A stretch of DNA of 64,000 bases from Gammaproteobacteria bacterium. GTDB taxonomy: Bacteria > Pseudomonadota > Gammaproteobacteria > Eutrophobiales > Eutrophobiaceae. The DNA lies in contig OZ244905.1 in the NCBI GenBank assembly GCA_965221695.1, positions 2,272,001 to 2,336,000 of the forward strand. The letters run 5' to 3'. The number at the start of each line of letters is the position of its first letter. Position 1 is the stretch's first letter. A program made the position numbers and the translations under genes. Of this stretch, positions 33,116 to 43,947 are shown piece after piece. Under the pieces are notes generated by a model, which did not search any database, was not told where the DNA came from, and saw nothing but the letters and a program-made list of their open reading frames with translations.

Positions 33116-34294
33116 TTATCGTAGTATCACCTGCAACCCGTTAACCAGTCTTTGTATGCCTTCTTCCATGGTTGACGGGTCCAGTGCGCCGTAGGAAATT
33201 CTCAGGTAGCACCCATCTTCCATGCCGAAGGCGCTGCCTGGGATTGTCGCTATGCGGAATTCCCGGATCAGGCGTTCGACGATTTCCATATCGGGCAAGT
33301 CGGTATTGAGACGCAGGAATACGTAAAGTGCGCCGTCGGATCGTATATCATCTGTGACGCAGTCCAGCTTCTGCAACTCATTGAGTACAAACCTGCGATT
33401 GGCGGCAATCTGTTCGATCTGTTGGTCACAGTATTGACGGCCGGCCTGCAGCGCGCCGATGGCTGCATATTGTGACGCCAGTGGTGGGCAGATCAGGTTG
33501 GTGTCCTGTACTTTACGTACGGCGGCGCGCAAATGGGCAGGGATCAGCATATAGCCGACGCGCCAGGATGAAAAACCGTATGCCTTGGACAGGGAAAACA
33601 GGGATATCGTGTGCTGGTTTGATGCGTCCATGCAGGCTGGTGAGAAGGCCCGCCGGCTATCATAAACGAAGTATTCGTAGGCTTCGTCATGGATGTGATA
33701 GATCCCCCGTTCGCGGCAGAGTGTATTGATTGCCCGCAGCGTTGCTTCCGGGTAGACCGCGCCGCTGGGATTATTGGGCGAGACGGTGACGACTGCGGCG
33801 GTGCGCGGGGTGATCGCCGCTTGTACGACTTCCGGGTCAAGCTGGAATTGCCGGTCTGTCGGTACGGAGACAGGCACACAATTCAGCATTTTTGCAGCCA
33901 TTTTATGGTTGAAGTAATATGGGGTCGGCAATATTATCTCTGCGCCCGGGTCGGTAATGGCAAACAGCGCATTCAGGAATCCCATGTTGGCGCCGGCTGT
34001 GACTACCAAGCGCCGATCAGCGCCGATGTTAACCCGGTTTTCTTCAGCCAGCTTGCGCGTCAGTATCGTGAGCAGTTCCGGGATGCCTTCCACCGGACCG
34101 TAGAGCTGGTTCAGCTTGTCGGCATGCTCGAGCATGTTGCGCAGTGCCGCCTCCGGCGGCCCATAACAGACGACGCCTTGCCCCAGGGAAATCGTCCCCG
34201 GCGTCTCCCTGATGAGGTCGGCGACCAGGGGCACCACGGGGGACTGGACCGCGTCCATTCTCCGGCTGTCTTTTGTAGGGAGGTTATTTTGCAT
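33116..34294 (-). CDS. PLP-dependent aminotransferase class I/II
   Basis: PNNPSG, DEAY, SLSKAYGFSSWRVG, YLRISY. Confidence 0.92.
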   Translation of the reverse strand: MQNNLPTKDSRRMDAVQSPVVPLVADLIRETPGTISLGQGVVCYGPPEAALRNMLEHADKLNQLYGPVEGIPELLTILTRKLAEENRVNIGADRRLVVTAGANMGFLNALFAITDPGAEIILPTPYYFNHKMAAKMLNCVPVSVPTDRQFQLDPEVVQAAITPRTAAVVTVSPNNPSGAVYPEATLRAINTLCRERGIYHIHDEAYEYFVYDSRRAFSPACMDASNQHTISLFSLSKAYGFSSWRVGYMLIPAHLRAAVRKVQDTNLICPPLASQYAAIGALQAGRQYCDQQIEQIAANRRFVLNELQKLDCVTDDIRSDGALYVFLRLNTDLPDMEIVERLIREFRIATIPGSAFGMEDGCYLRISYGALDPSTMEEGIQRLVNGLQVILR

Positions 34295-34401
34295 GCTTCA
34301 TGTAGCGCTTCTCAATTCGCCCTCAATTGTTCAAAAATTTCCCAAACTGTCTATACGAAATTAATTTTGCAGTGTAAATCTTACTAACTGAATTACTTAC
34401 G

Positions 34402-34514
34402 CCCCATACCATTCCCGTGTAAACGGGAATCCAGTGGAACAAAGGGTTGCCCTCAGGGCAACACAGTATTTGACTGGACTCCCGCTGTTGCGGGAGTGGT
34501 ACGGAGGAATGCCC
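34402..34514 (+). repeat. Single unit of repeat family A
   Basis: ATTCCCGTGTAAACGGGAATCCAG...GTTGCCCTCAGGGCAAC...CTGGACTCCCG..CGGGAGTGG. Confidence 0.85.
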
Positions 34515-34615
34515 TGACATGTGCCTATATTTACATGCAATCGGGGCGTGCAGAGTCTGATCATGAGGGTTTCGGTTAGCTGAAAATGATGACCTGCGGA
34601 ATGGCGGCAAATCGA

Positions 34616-35335
34616 TTAACATTTCTTGATACTTGGCATTTCATCCCAGGTCCTGCCGTCCAGGGTGCGACCGGTGCGTTTCTTGATTACGCCGCCCCAT
34701 TGTTTGAAAAAGAAGGGCACACTTGTTTGCAGGCAGTTATCACGAACTTCCCTTACCCAGTCTGCTTCGATGGGCCTCGCTCCCGGTCCGGATTCTCCTC
34801 CGAGTATCACCCAATCAATGCCTTCCAAGGGTAAAACCGGCAATTTTTCCAGTAATGGTTCGAGGGACAGGAATTTGATTGCCGCGTCGGTATTTTTCAG
34901 CTTCTCAAGACGAGGCAACCAACGTTCCGATTCAATACTTACGCCAAGCCAAATATTTGGTGTCCAGTTTAATGTATCATTCAATTGATTGACTCGGTCT
35001 GGCCGTTTTGTAAGTACCTGAAATGTGTGCAGTGGCGAGCGGTTCATCGTATCGAATACTGCTTTGATGAATTCCGGTGGTACAGCTTTATGGAACAGGT
35101 CCGACATTGAGTTGACGAAAACGAGCCGTGGCTTAACCCATTTCAACGGTTCTTCCAAGCTTGAAGCGTGAGTAGTAACCGTAAATCCGTTACGGTATTT
35201 TTTCGTCCCCATGCTCTGTAACCGTTTTGCCATACGTTCCGCATAGCAATGTTTGCATCCATGACTGATTTTTGTACAACCGGTCACAGGATTCCAGGTG
35301 ATCTCAGTCCATTCGATTGAAGAGAGTGTTGACAT
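34616..35335 (-). CDS. DUF5131 / phage Gp37-Gp68 family radical-SAM-like protein
   Basis: [19 protein letters not shown] (Cx6Cx2C), [27 protein letters not shown]. Confidence 0.9.
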   Translation of the reverse strand: MSTLSSIEWTEITWNPVTGCTKISHGCKHCYAERMAKRLQSMGTKKYRNGFTVTTHASSLEEPLKWVKPRLVFVNSMSDLFHKAVPPEFIKAVFDTMNRSPLHTFQVLTKRPDRVNQLNDTLNWTPNIWLGVSIESERWLPRLEKLKNTDAAIKFLSLEPLLEKLPVLPLEGIDWVILGGESGPGARPIEADWVREVRDNCLQTSVPFFFKQWGGVIKKRTGRTLDGRTWDEMPSIKKC

Positions 35336-35337
35336 GA

Positions 35338-36219
35338 CTAAAATCCGGATGAGTCAATAATGTAACCAGCTATTTCTTTTGCTATTGGCGCCCCTCTTTG
35401 ATGTCCTGCGCAAAAAATGAATTCAAATAATGGGGAGCCTTTACCAGTTTTCAGCGTCTTGGATTTTGGCATAAGTCTTGTGCCAAACAACCTAGCCAGA
35501 TTCTCCTTATAAATAGATAATAAACCGTTAACCCCAGTGGTTCGGATATATCCGGAGTGATTGAACATGTCTTCTTGAGGGTTTTGTTGATACAGGTGAC
35601 GCCAACTCTCGTTACCGAAGATACTATTGAGACGATCAACCCATCTCGAGTCAATTTCATCTGGCTCTCGTGATAGGGGCAAAATACGCGCAATAGCCGA
35701 TACCGGAAAAAGTAGCCAGGTATCCAAGGCCTCAAAGTGTGCTATCTTCTCTATGGTAGACCATTCAACCTCAGTCGCAAATGGATCAAGGAATAGAACA
35801 CCCCGCCACTTCTGCCAATCTATCTGGAGGTCTTGGAGGCAGATATTTGCGTCTGATTGTTTTACAGTAATCTCCCGCTCTGAATATTTTTCTCTGAGGT
35901 TTTGTAACTTACTGAATCGGCTGGGGCTTTTTTCGATAAAAATCAATTTGTCGAAAGGCCTATTTTCAATCGTTATAGCTCTAGTCGCGGAGCCGGCAAT
36001 AAAGTCATCTGCGTCCTGTTTGTCGCCGTCGGGATTGATATAGCCAGTCCCGGCAAAAGCATCAATGTATACCAGTTTGAACGGTGTATTTTTCAGTGCG
36101 GTGGTATAGGCATCAAGATATTGTTCAAGTATTTCCAGTTTCTGAAAAGTCCATTGCCCACCATAATCGTCCGCTCTTGGTTCACTTATTTTTTCCAACA
36201 CTTTATTCTCCTTGTACAT
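35338..36219 (-). CDS. tcmP: Three-Cys-motif partner protein (SAM-methyltransferase-like fold)
   Basis: [30 protein letters not shown]; adjacent to DUF5131. Confidence 0.88.
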   Translation of the reverse strand: MYKENKVLEKISEPRADDYGGQWTFQKLEILEQYLDAYTTALKNTPFKLVYIDAFAGTGYINPDGDKQDADDFIAGSATRAITIENRPFDKLIFIEKSPSRFSKLQNLREKYSEREITVKQSDANICLQDLQIDWQKWRGVLFLDPFATEVEWSTIEKIAHFEALDTWLLFPVSAIARILPLSREPDEIDSRWVDRLNSIFGNESWRHLYQQNPQEDMFNHSGYIRTTGVNGLLSIYKENLARLFGTRLMPKSKTLKTGKGSPLFEFIFCAGHQRGAPIAKEIAGYIIDSSGF

Positions 36220-36246
36220 TCCATAGGTTACTTCCGGCAGTTAAAA

Positions 36247-36558
36247 TTAATGGCCGGTTTTGGTGTTTGCAGCCACCTTCAGGAGTTCCACCAGTTGCTG
36301 TTTGGCGTCGGGGTCGGTGATCGCGGACAGCGCCTGGTTGAACAGTTTTACCTTTTGATCGTGTTCGTCCAGTAATTTTTCCAGTTTCAGGCTTTCCGCG
36401 ATGCCGGGTTCGCCGCCGGTCTTGTATTTTTCATCCAGGGCCTGCAACAGGGTGAAATACGCATCCTTGCTGGCGCTCATGGACTGGTATGCTTGCCAGG
36501 CAGCCGCGGCGTCCGGTTTGAGATCAGCGGTGACCGGTTCGTCAGGCGGCCTGTTCAA
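36247..36558 (-). CDS. Hypothetical helical protein overlapping the fba 3' end
   Basis: 103-aa ORF with host-like codon usage filling the gap between fba and tcmP. Confidence 0.65.
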   Translation of the reverse strand: MNRPPDEPVTADLKPDAAAAWQAYQSMSASKDAYFTLLQALDEKYKTGGEPGIAESLKLEKLLDEHDQKVKLFNQALSAITDPDAKQQLVELLKVAANTKTGH

Positions 36559-37570
36559 GCGAGTCCGAGTATTGTCCCAGGCAAGCCAGGCTGTTGCATT
36601 TTTCCCGGTGCAGCAGGGCAGTTTGCGCGGCGCCGAAGTTTGCCGGTTTGCCAGCCCAGGTCTTCAGGCAAGGCTCTTGCAGGGCGCGCCCGTAGGAGAA
36701 GCTCAGCGGCCAGGGCAGGCTGTCGTAATTCCGGTTCATTTCATTCAGGTGGGCCGTTGCCAGGGTCGCGCTCTGTCCGCCGGACAGGAATACGATACCT
36801 GCCAATGACGCGGGCACCGTGTTCAACAGGCACCGCACCGTTTTTTCCGCGACCTCTTGTACACCCGCCTGGACCGCACACTTTTTACCCGATATGACCA
36901 TGTTGGTCTTCAGGATGGTATGTTCCAGCGCCACACGTTGGTCAAAGAGCTCGTTGAAGACCGTTCTCAGGGTCTTGTCCGTGGCCCAGTAGCAGACATC
37001 GATGTCGTTGTCGGCATCCATCAGCACTTCCGGTTCCACCATGGGCACAATACCTGCTTCCTGGCATAACGCCGCATAGCGGGCCAGGGCATGGGCATTG
37101 GCTTCGATACATCCGTTGCTGGGGATATGGTCGCCGATGGTGATCACGGCGCGCCACTTGGCAAACCTCGCGCCCAATTCGCGGTATTCGGCCAGCCGAT
37201 CACGCAAGCCGTCAAGACCTTCCGTCACTTTCTCCCCGGGATGTCCCGCGAGGTCCTTCGCTCCCTTGTCCACCTTGATGCCGGGCATAATGCCATTTTC
37301 AATCATGACCTGCGGGAACGGTACGCCGTCCCGGGTCTTCTGCCGTAACGTTTCGTCGAACAGGATCATGCCGCTGATAAACTCCTGACCGCCGGGCGCC
37401 GTGATCAGCAACTCCCGGTAGGCGCGCCGGTTTTCCTCGGTGGATTCGACACTGATCGTGTCGAAGCGTTTTTTTATCGTCGGCAGGCTCTCGTCTATCG
37501 CGAGAATGCCTTTGCCTGGCGCCACCATCGCGGCTGCCGTTTGCGCCAACTGTTCGGTCATATCAGTCAT
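36542..37570 (-). CDS. fba: Class I fructose-bisphosphate aldolase
   Basis: GKGILAIDES, FAKWR, VEPEVL, FLSGGQ, FSYGRALQ. Confidence 0.95.
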   Translation of the reverse strand: MTDMTEQLAQTAAAMVAPGKGILAIDESLPTIKKRFDTISVESTEENRRAYRELLITAPGGQEFISGMILFDETLRQKTRDGVPFPQVMIENGIMPGIKVDKGAKDLAGHPGEKVTEGLDGLRDRLAEYRELGARFAKWRAVITIGDHIPSNGCIEANAHALARYAALCQEAGIVPMVEPEVLMDADNDIDVCYWATDKTLRTVFNELFDQRVALEHTILKTNMVISGKKCAVQAGVQEVAEKTVRCLLNTVPASLAGIVFLSGGQSATLATAHLNEMNRNYDSLPWPLSFSYGRALQEPCLKTWAGKPANFGAAQTALLHREKCNSLACLGQYSDSLEQAA

Positions 37571-37641
37571 TCAGAATAACTCCTGTGGTTGAAAGAGTAC
37601 TGGTTCACAAGTCGTAATGGTAAAGTGGGCAGGGACAATTT

Positions 37642-39078
37642 TCAAATTTCGGTTCTATCTCCCACCTCAATGATTTTCAGGTTGTTGGTGCCGCCCCGCC
37701 GGCCTCTCAGGTCGCCTTTGGTGATAAGCACAATATCACCTTCACTGACCAATTTGCGCCGCAGCAGGATGTCGACCATTTCCTGGTTGGCTTCCAGCGG
37801 GTCCGTATGCGTAATGTCAAATTGTACGGGATAAACACCCCGGTACAATCTTACCCTGCGCATGGTTGTTGCGTGGCGGGTAAATGCCATGATGGGAATC
37901 CCGGAACTGATGCGCGACATCCACAAGCAGGTTGACCCGGTCTCCGTCAGGGCTGCAATGGCTGTCGCCTTGATGTGGTTTGCGGCATACATCGCAGACA
38001 TCGCAATGGCCTCGTCCACGCGTTTGAACTCCTGGCTGATGCGGTGGTGCGATTCCCGGGTTTCCTTCTGTTTTTCCGTTTCCTCGCAAATACGCGCCAT
38101 GGCCTGAACGACCCGGTCCGGGAACATGCCGATGCTGGTTTCGCCTGACAACATCACGGCGTCGGTTCCATCCAGGATCGCATTGGCCACGTCGAACACT
38201 TCGGCGCGGGTGGGAATCGGGTTGTAGATCATCGATTCCATCATCTGCGTGGCGGTGATCACGGGGCGGTCCATGTCCTGGGCCAGTTTGATGAGTTTTT
38301 TCTGGACCGGGGGCAGGGCCGCATCGCCGATTTCGACGCCCAGGTCGCCGCGGGCGATCATGATGGCGTCGGCCGCCTCGATAATTTCCTCGGCGTTATT
38401 CAGCGCCTCCACCCGTTCGAACTTTGCGATGATTCCTGCATTCGAGCCCGCCTCATCCAGCAGCGTGCGCGCCTGTTCGATGTCGCCGGCATTACAGACA
38501 AATGAGATGGCGAAATAATCGACGCCAATCTCGACCCCGTGTTGCAGGTCCTTGCGATCTTTCCGGGTCAGTGCGCCGGCGGAAAGGCCACCGCCTTTCA
38601 GGTTGATGCCTTTGTTGTCCGACAGTTTTCCTCCCACGACTACCCTGCAGTGTACCTGTGCCTTCACCAGGTTGATCACCTCCAGGACGATGCGACCGTC
38701 GTCGATGAGCAGGATATCGCCGGGATTGACGTCCTGCGCCAGCGCACGGTACGTGACGCCTACCTGCTTATCATCGCCCGCAGTATCCGGTAAGGACGGA
38801 TCGAGGATGAACTCGTCTCTGTCATGCAGCAGAATAGCGCCGTCCTTAAATCGTTTAAGCCTGATCTTGGGGCCTTGCAAATCGGCTATCAGGCCGATCT
38901 CGATACCTTGACTGGCGCTGATTTCCTTCAGCGCCTGCGCCCGTTCCTTGTGCTCCAGGTGGGTCTGGTGAGAATAATTGATCCGGAACAGGTCCACACC
39001 GGCCTCAACCATGTGTTCCAGCATCTCCGGCCTGTCGGTGGCCGGTCCCATGGTGGCTATAATCTTTGTTCTGCGCAT
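37642..39078 (-). CDS. pyk: Pyruvate kinase
   Basis: RRTKII.TMGP, DLQGPKIR, MIARGDLG, ATQMMESM, MLSGET. Confidence 0.96.
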   Translation of the reverse strand: MRRTKIIATMGPATDRPEMLEHMVEAGVDLFRINYSHQTHLEHKERAQALKEISASQGIEIGLIADLQGPKIRLKRFKDGAILLHDRDEFILDPSLPDTAGDDKQVGVTYRALAQDVNPGDILLIDDGRIVLEVINLVKAQVHCRVVVGGKLSDNKGINLKGGGLSAGALTRKDRKDLQHGVEIGVDYFAISFVCNAGDIEQARTLLDEAGSNAGIIAKFERVEALNNAEEIIEAADAIMIARGDLGVEIGDAALPPVQKKLIKLAQDMDRPVITATQMMESMIYNPIPTRAEVFDVANAILDGTDAVMLSGETSIGMFPDRVVQAMARICEETEKQKETRESHHRISQEFKRVDEAIAMSAMYAANHIKATAIAALTETGSTCLWMSRISSGIPIMAFTRHATTMRRVRLYRGVYPVQFDITHTDPLEANQEMVDILLRRKLVSEGDIVLITKGDLRGRRGGTNNLKIIEVGDRTEI

Positions 39079-39085
39079 TTCTTAT

Positions 39086-39094
39086 TGGTATAAT
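39086..39094 (+). promoter_or_regulatory. Extended -10 promoter TG-N-TATAAT, 6 nt before ATG 39101 (probable leaderless transcript)
   Basis: Exact TGGTATAAT; no SD between it and the ATG. Confidence 0.55.
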
Positions 39095-39100
39095 CAGCGT

Positions 39101-39319
39101 ATGTCTATAATGATATCTGAATTGTATGATGCCCTGACTGAAGCCGGGGCAAGTGAAGACGCTGCGCGCAAGGCCGCGCAAGCGGTTGCAGACACTGAAA
39201 GCCGTTTGGGAAGCATTGAGGCAGAGATGAAGATTATCAGAGAGGAGCTCAGGATAGTGAAATGGGCTTTGGTTCTTCTGGTCGCTTCCCATTTCGCCCT
39301 GTTTGCAAAAATCTGGTAA
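39101..39319 (+). CDS. Small coiled-coil protein with C-terminal TM (DUF1640/CCDC90-like, mobile-element associated)
   Basis: ISELYDAL.EAGASEDAARKAAQAVA, heptad stretch, KWALVLLVA hydrophobic tail. Confidence 0.7.
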   Translation: MSIMISELYDALTEAGASEDAARKAAQAVADTESRLGSIEAEMKIIREELRIVKWALVLLVASHFALFAKIW

Positions 39320-39341
39320 GCCAGATACGCGGTAATATTCA

Positions 39342-40529
39342 TTATCTGTTTCTCATTGCCTCCTCAAGTACCGCGACTGCGGGCAGCGTTTTGCCTTCCA
39401 GCAGTTCCAGGAATGCCCCGCCGCCGGTAGAGATACAGGAAATGCCGTCTGCGACGCCGAATCGGGTGATAGCGGACACGGTATCGCCACCTCCGGCAAT
39501 GGATAATGCCGGGCTTGCGGCAATCGCTCGCGCCAGCGAAGCGGTGCCGGATGAGAACTGATCGATCTCGAAAACCCCCAAAGGCCCGTTCCACAGGATC
39601 GTGGCAGAGGAACGGATGATCCTGTCATTCTCCGCAATGGTCCGGGGACCCACATCCACTATCAGGTCATTTGGTTCGACTTGCGCCAGGGTCTTGACTT
39701 GCGCTGCGGCATCCTGCGCCAGGGTCTTCGCGCAGACCACGTCTTCCGGCAGGGGGATTTCTTTGTCATGGTCCCGGGCATAGGCAAGAATGTCCGCCGC
39801 GGCGCCGACCAGGTCCTGTTCATAAAGTGAATTGCCGATAGGCTGGCCGGCGGCTTTCAGGAACGTGTTCGCAATCCCGCCGCCGACGATTAAGCGGTCC
39901 ACCTGTTTGATCAGGTTCTCCAGAACCAGCAGCTTGGTGGAAACCTTGGCGCCGCCGACAATGGCCGTCATAGGGCGCGCAGGCTGTTCCAGCGCTTTCG
40001 TCAGCATCTCTATCTCGGCCAGCAGTAACGGGCCGGCGCAGGCGATGGGGGCATACCTGGCCACGCCGTGAGTTGACGCCTGGGCGCGATGCGCGGTGGC
40101 AAACGCATCATTCACGTAAATATCGCACAGGTTGGCCAGGCGTTTGGCAAGCCGGTCGCTGTTGCTGGTCTCTCCTGGCATGAACCGGATATTCTCCAGC
40201 ATAACGATTTCTCCGGGCTGTATTGAGACACCCTCCTCCCAGTCTGATACCAGGCGCACCTGCCGCTCCAACAGGGTGGAAACATGGTTGGCGACCGGGG
40301 CCAGGCTGAATTCGTCGTTAAATTGTCCTTCTTTCGGACGTCCCAGGTGCGAGATCAGGATCAGCGCGGCCGGTGCGGCCAGCAGACGTTCCAGTGTGGG
40401 CAGGCAGGCGCGTATGCGAGTGTCGTCCTGAATGACGCCGGCGCGCACCGGCACGTTGAAATCAGCGCGTATCAGGACTCGCTTGTTTGCCGGTTCCAGG
40501 TCATTGAGGGTAATGAACTCAGCGGGCAT
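39342..40529 (-). CDS. pgk: Phosphoglycerate kinase
   Basis: RADFNVP, SHLGRP, NDAF.TAHR, GGAKVSTK, STGGGAFLE. Confidence 0.96.
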   Translation of the reverse strand: MPAEFITLNDLEPANKRVLIRADFNVPVRAGVIQDDTRIRACLPTLERLLAAPAALILISHLGRPKEGQFNDEFSLAPVANHVSTLLERQVRLVSDWEEGVSIQPGEIVMLENIRFMPGETSNSDRLAKRLANLCDIYVNDAFATAHRAQASTHGVARYAPIACAGPLLLAEIEMLTKALEQPARPMTAIVGGAKVSTKLLVLENLIKQVDRLIVGGGIANTFLKAAGQPIGNSLYEQDLVGAAADILAYARDHDKEIPLPEDVVCAKTLAQDAAAQVKTLAQVEPNDLIVDVGPRTIAENDRIIRSSATILWNGPLGVFEIDQFSSGTASLARAIAASPALSIAGGGDTVSAITRFGVADGISCISTGGGAFLELLEGKTLPAVAVLEEAMRNR

Positions 40530-40607
40530 AATCAACCATGGATAAACCTAACGTCGCCATCCGGGCTATTGTAGTGGTGCAAGATTACGCGAATATGAAT
40601 TTCCCGG

Positions 40608-41621
40608 CTAACCGGCATTCATCAGGGCAACAGTCGTATCCAGCATGCGGTTGGAAAATCCCCATTCGTTATCGTACCAGGCAACCACTTTTACCGTAGT
40701 CCCGTCTATGACCTTGGTCAACGACGCATCATAGGTTGCCGATGCCGGGTCGTGATTGAAATCGATGGAAACCAGCGGCGCGTTGTTACAGGCGAGAATG
40801 CCGTTCAGCGGGCCTTCCGCCGCGGCCTGCATCAGCTCATCGATCTCCTCGTGAGAGGTGGCGCGTGCCGCCTGGAACGACAGGTCCACCACAGAGACGT
40901 TGATGGTCGGCACGCGCACTGCATAGCCGTCCAGCTTGCCGTTGAGTTCCGGCAGCACCAGGCCGACCGCCGCCGCCGCGCCGGTCTTGGTCGGGATCAT
41001 GGATAAGGTGGCAGAGCGGGCGCGCCGCAAGTCTGAATGGTACACATCGCTCAATACCTGGTCGTTGGTGTACGCATGGATCGTGGTCATAATCCCGTTT
41101 ACAACGCCAATGTGATCATGCAGCACCTTAACCACCGGGGCCAGGCAGTTGGTGGTGCAGGAAGCATTCGAGATGACGGTATCCGTCTTTTTCAGGGTAC
41201 CGTGGTTGACACCGTAAACAATGGTCGCATCCACATCCTTGCCGCCGGGGGCGGAGATAATGACCTTTTTTGCGCCGCCTTGCAGGTGCGCGCCGGCCTT
41301 TGCCTTGCTCGCGAAAAATCCGGTGGATTCATGCACGACATCCACGCCCAGCTCACCCCAGGGCAGCTTTGCCGGGTCCCGTTCCGACAGGACGCGTATC
41401 CGGTCGCCGTTTACCAGCATGTAATCGCCGTCCACTTCCACCGTTCCGGGAAACTTGCCGTGCGCGGTATCGTAGCGGGTCAGGTGCGCGTTGGTCTCGG
41501 CATTGCCCAGGTCATTGACCGCGACGATGCGTATCTCGTCAGTGCGGCCGCTTTCATACAGCGCCCGCAAGATGTTTCTGCCAATTCTGCCGTAACCGTT
41601 GATTCCTATGTTTATAGTCAT
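40608..41621 (-). CDS. gap: Type I glyceraldehyde-3-phosphate dehydrogenase
   Basis: [28 protein letters not shown]. Confidence 0.97.
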   Translation of the reverse strand: MTINIGINGYGRIGRNILRALYESGRTDEIRIVAVNDLGNAETNAHLTRYDTAHGKFPGTVEVDGDYMLVNGDRIRVLSERDPAKLPWGELGVDVVHESTGFFASKAKAGAHLQGGAKKVIISAPGGKDVDATIVYGVNHGTLKKTDTVISNASCTTNCLAPVVKVLHDHIGVVNGIMTTIHAYTNDQVLSDVYHSDLRRARSATLSMIPTKTGAAAAVGLVLPELNGKLDGYAVRVPTINVSVVDLSFQAARATSHEEIDELMQAAAEGPLNGILACNNAPLVSIDFNHDPASATYDASLTKVIDGTTVKVVAWYDNEWGFSNRMLDTTVALMNAG

Positions 41622-41645
41622 TATGTATAGCTCCGGGTGTTGTGA

Positions 41646-43637
41646 TCAGACTTCCTGAACCAGTTGTATCAGCCCCTCCGTATTGATGCCGAAATGCTCG
41701 AACACGGCGTTGCCGGGTGCCGACTCGCCGAAGGTCGGGACACCAAGTATCCTGCCTTCGAGGCCGACGTACTTGCGCCAGTAATCTGGTATGCCGGCTT
41801 CGACGGCAATGCGCCGCCGGCAGGTTGGGGGCAATACCTGTTCGCGGTACGCTTGCGGTTGGTTATCGAACGCATCGGTCGAGGGCATTGAAACGACCCG
41901 CACGCGCTGACCGCCGGCGTTCAGTTGTTGCGCTGCCTCCGCGGCAATCGCAACTTCCGAACCGGTGGCGATGATGATGATTTCCGCTTCGCCTTCCGGT
42001 TCCACCAGGATGTAGGCGCCACGCTCGATCGCCGCGACCTGTTCAGCGGTTCTGTCCAGCACGGGCAAGGATTGCCGCGACAGCAACAGGGAGGTGGGCC
42101 GGTTCCGGTTTTCCAGCGCGGCTTTCCAGGCGATCGCGGTTTCAACCGCGTCACAAGGGCGCCAGACCGACATGTTCGGGATCAGGCGCAGGGTCGCCGC
42201 CTGTTCCACTGCCTGGTGGGTCGGGCCGTCTTCGCCAAGGCCGATTGAATCATGGGTCAGCACAAAGATATTGCGCTGCTTCATCAGCGCCGCCATGCGC
42301 AGCGCATTGCGGGCGTATTCGGTAAAGATGAGGAAGGTCCCGCCATAGGGGATAAAGCCGCCATGCAAGGCCAGGCCGTTATTGATCGCGGCCATCGCAA
42401 ATTCCCGCACGCCGTAATACAGATAGTTGCCGGCAGCCGCTGAATCGCTGATCACACTGGAATCCTGCCGCAGCGTGAGGTTGGAACCGGTCAGGTCCGC
42501 GGACCCGCCGATGAGTTCCGGCAAGGCCGGGCCATACGCATTCAGGGCGTTCTGTGATGCCTTGCGCGAGGCGATGGTTTCCGCTTTTTGCCGGGTAGTC
42601 TCGATATACGCCTGGCTGGTTTTCTGCCAGTTCTCCGGCAGGTCGCCCTTGACCCGGCGCATGAACTCGGCGGCGTCTTGCGGATACTGTTTGGCATAGG
42701 CTGAAAATTTCTCATTCCATTCATTTTCGAACTGTGCACCCCGTTGCCGGGCATCCCAACCCTGGTAAATTTTCGCGGGAATCTCAAATTCCGGCCAAGG
42801 CCAGCCGATGGCTTCCCGCGCCAGCGTGATTTCGTCCGCGCCCAGGGGGGCGCCGTGGCTGGACGCCTTGCCCTGCTTGTTGGGTGAACCCTGGCCAATA
42901 ATGGTAGTACAGCATAGCAGGCTGGGTTTGTCGTTAGTCGCCCGTGCTTCTCTGATGGCCTGGCCGACAGCGTGCGGGTCATGGCCGTCAATATCGGGGA
43001 TGACATGCCAGCGGTAAGCGTCGAAACGCTTTGGCACATCTTCGGTGAACCAGCCTTGCACCTCGCCGTCAATCGAAATGCCGTTGCTGTCATAGATGAC
43101 GATGAGCTTACCCAGGCCCAGGGTGCCTGCCAGCGAACAGGCTTCATGGGAGATCCCTTCCATAAGACAGCCGTCGCCCGCGGACGCGTAGGTGTAATGA
43201 TTAACGATATCCAGTTCGCCGCGATTGAATTGCGCAGCCAGGACGCGTTCGGCAATGGCCATGCCGACGGCATTGGCAAGGCCCTGGCCCAGGGGTCCGG
43301 TCGTGGTCTCGATCCCGGGGGTATAGCCGTACTCGGGGTGGCCGGGCGTTTTCGAATGAAGTTGGCGAAAATTCTGCAATTCCTCAATGGGCAGGTCGTA
43401 GCCGGTAAGATGCAGGATAGAATACAACAGCATGGAACCGTGACCATTGGACATGACGAAACGATCCCGATCCACCCAGCCGGGATTGGCCGGGTTGTGC
43501 CTGAGGAAATCATTCCACAGCACCTCGGCAATGTCCGCCATGCCCATCGGCGCCCCGGGATGCCCGGAATTGGCGCGCTGAACCGCATCCATACTCAATG
43601 CACGAATCGCATTGGCAAGCTGGCGTCTGGAAGAAAT
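41646..43637 (-). CDS. tkt: Transketolase (start apparently ATT at 43637; frame stays open to ATG 43703)
   Basis: [39 protein letters not shown]. Confidence 0.95.
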   Translation of the reverse strand: MSSRRQLANAIRALSMDAVQRANSGHPGAPMGMADIAEVLWNDFLRHNPANPGWVDRDRFVMSNGHGSMLLYSILHLTGYDLPIEELQNFRQLHSKTPGHPEYGYTPGIETTTGPLGQGLANAVGMAIAERVLAAQFNRGELDIVNHYTYASAGDGCLMEGISHEACSLAGTLGLGKLIVIYDSNGISIDGEVQGWFTEDVPKRFDAYRWHVIPDIDGHDPHAVGQAIREARATNDKPSLLCCTTIIGQGSPNKQGKASSHGAPLGADEITLAREAIGWPWPEFEIPAKIYQGWDARQRGAQFENEWNEKFSAYAKQYPQDAAEFMRRVKGDLPENWQKTSQAYIETTRQKAETIASRKASQNALNAYGPALPELIGGSADLTGSNLTLRQDSSVISDSAAAGNYLYYGVREFAMAAINNGLALHGGFIPYGGTFLIFTEYARNALRMAALMKQRNIFVLTHDSIGLGEDGPTHQAVEQAATLRLIPNMSVWRPCDAVETAIAWKAALENRNRPTSLLLSRQSLPVLDRTAEQVAAIERGAYILVEPEGEAEIIIIATGSEVAIAAEAAQQLNAGGQRVRVVSMPSTDAFDNQPQAYREQVLPPTCRRRIAVEAGIPDYWRKYVGLEGRILGVPTFGESAPGNAVFEHFGINTEGLIQLVQEV

Positions 43638-43771
43638 GGTTACTCTCCTAACAGATTGAGTCGGACAACACTGGTATGAGAAAAGAAGCGAGTCCCTTTC
43701 CATTCAAATTATCTGTCCGGTAATATATCATACTATTCACCCAACGGCGATATGCTGTCAGCCGCAGATAC

Positions 43772-43932
43772 CAAGGAATCTCTGGTTGAGTTCAGAGCTT
43801 TCTTGCGATAAAGGGATGTATCGCGATGTTCAATGACTGAAAGATATTGAACATGAGAGCACAACAATAATCGCATTTTTTGTTGTGCGTGCTCTGACAA
43901 GTGCAGGATGGACTTTTTTAGAGCTTCCTTAA
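43772..43932. mobile_element. Longer copy of MITE family B, inverted relative to 2720-2810
   Basis: Shares GCGATA.AGGGATGTATCGC and GCTCTGACAAGT...GGACTT...AGAGCTTCCTTAA; extra internal hairpins. Confidence 0.7.
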
Positions 43933-43947
43933 CTTTAAGACAGGATC

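Noticed and set aside
34616-35335. Prophage, based on the Gp37/Gp68 family name
   Set aside because: No structural, integrase or replication phage genes nearby
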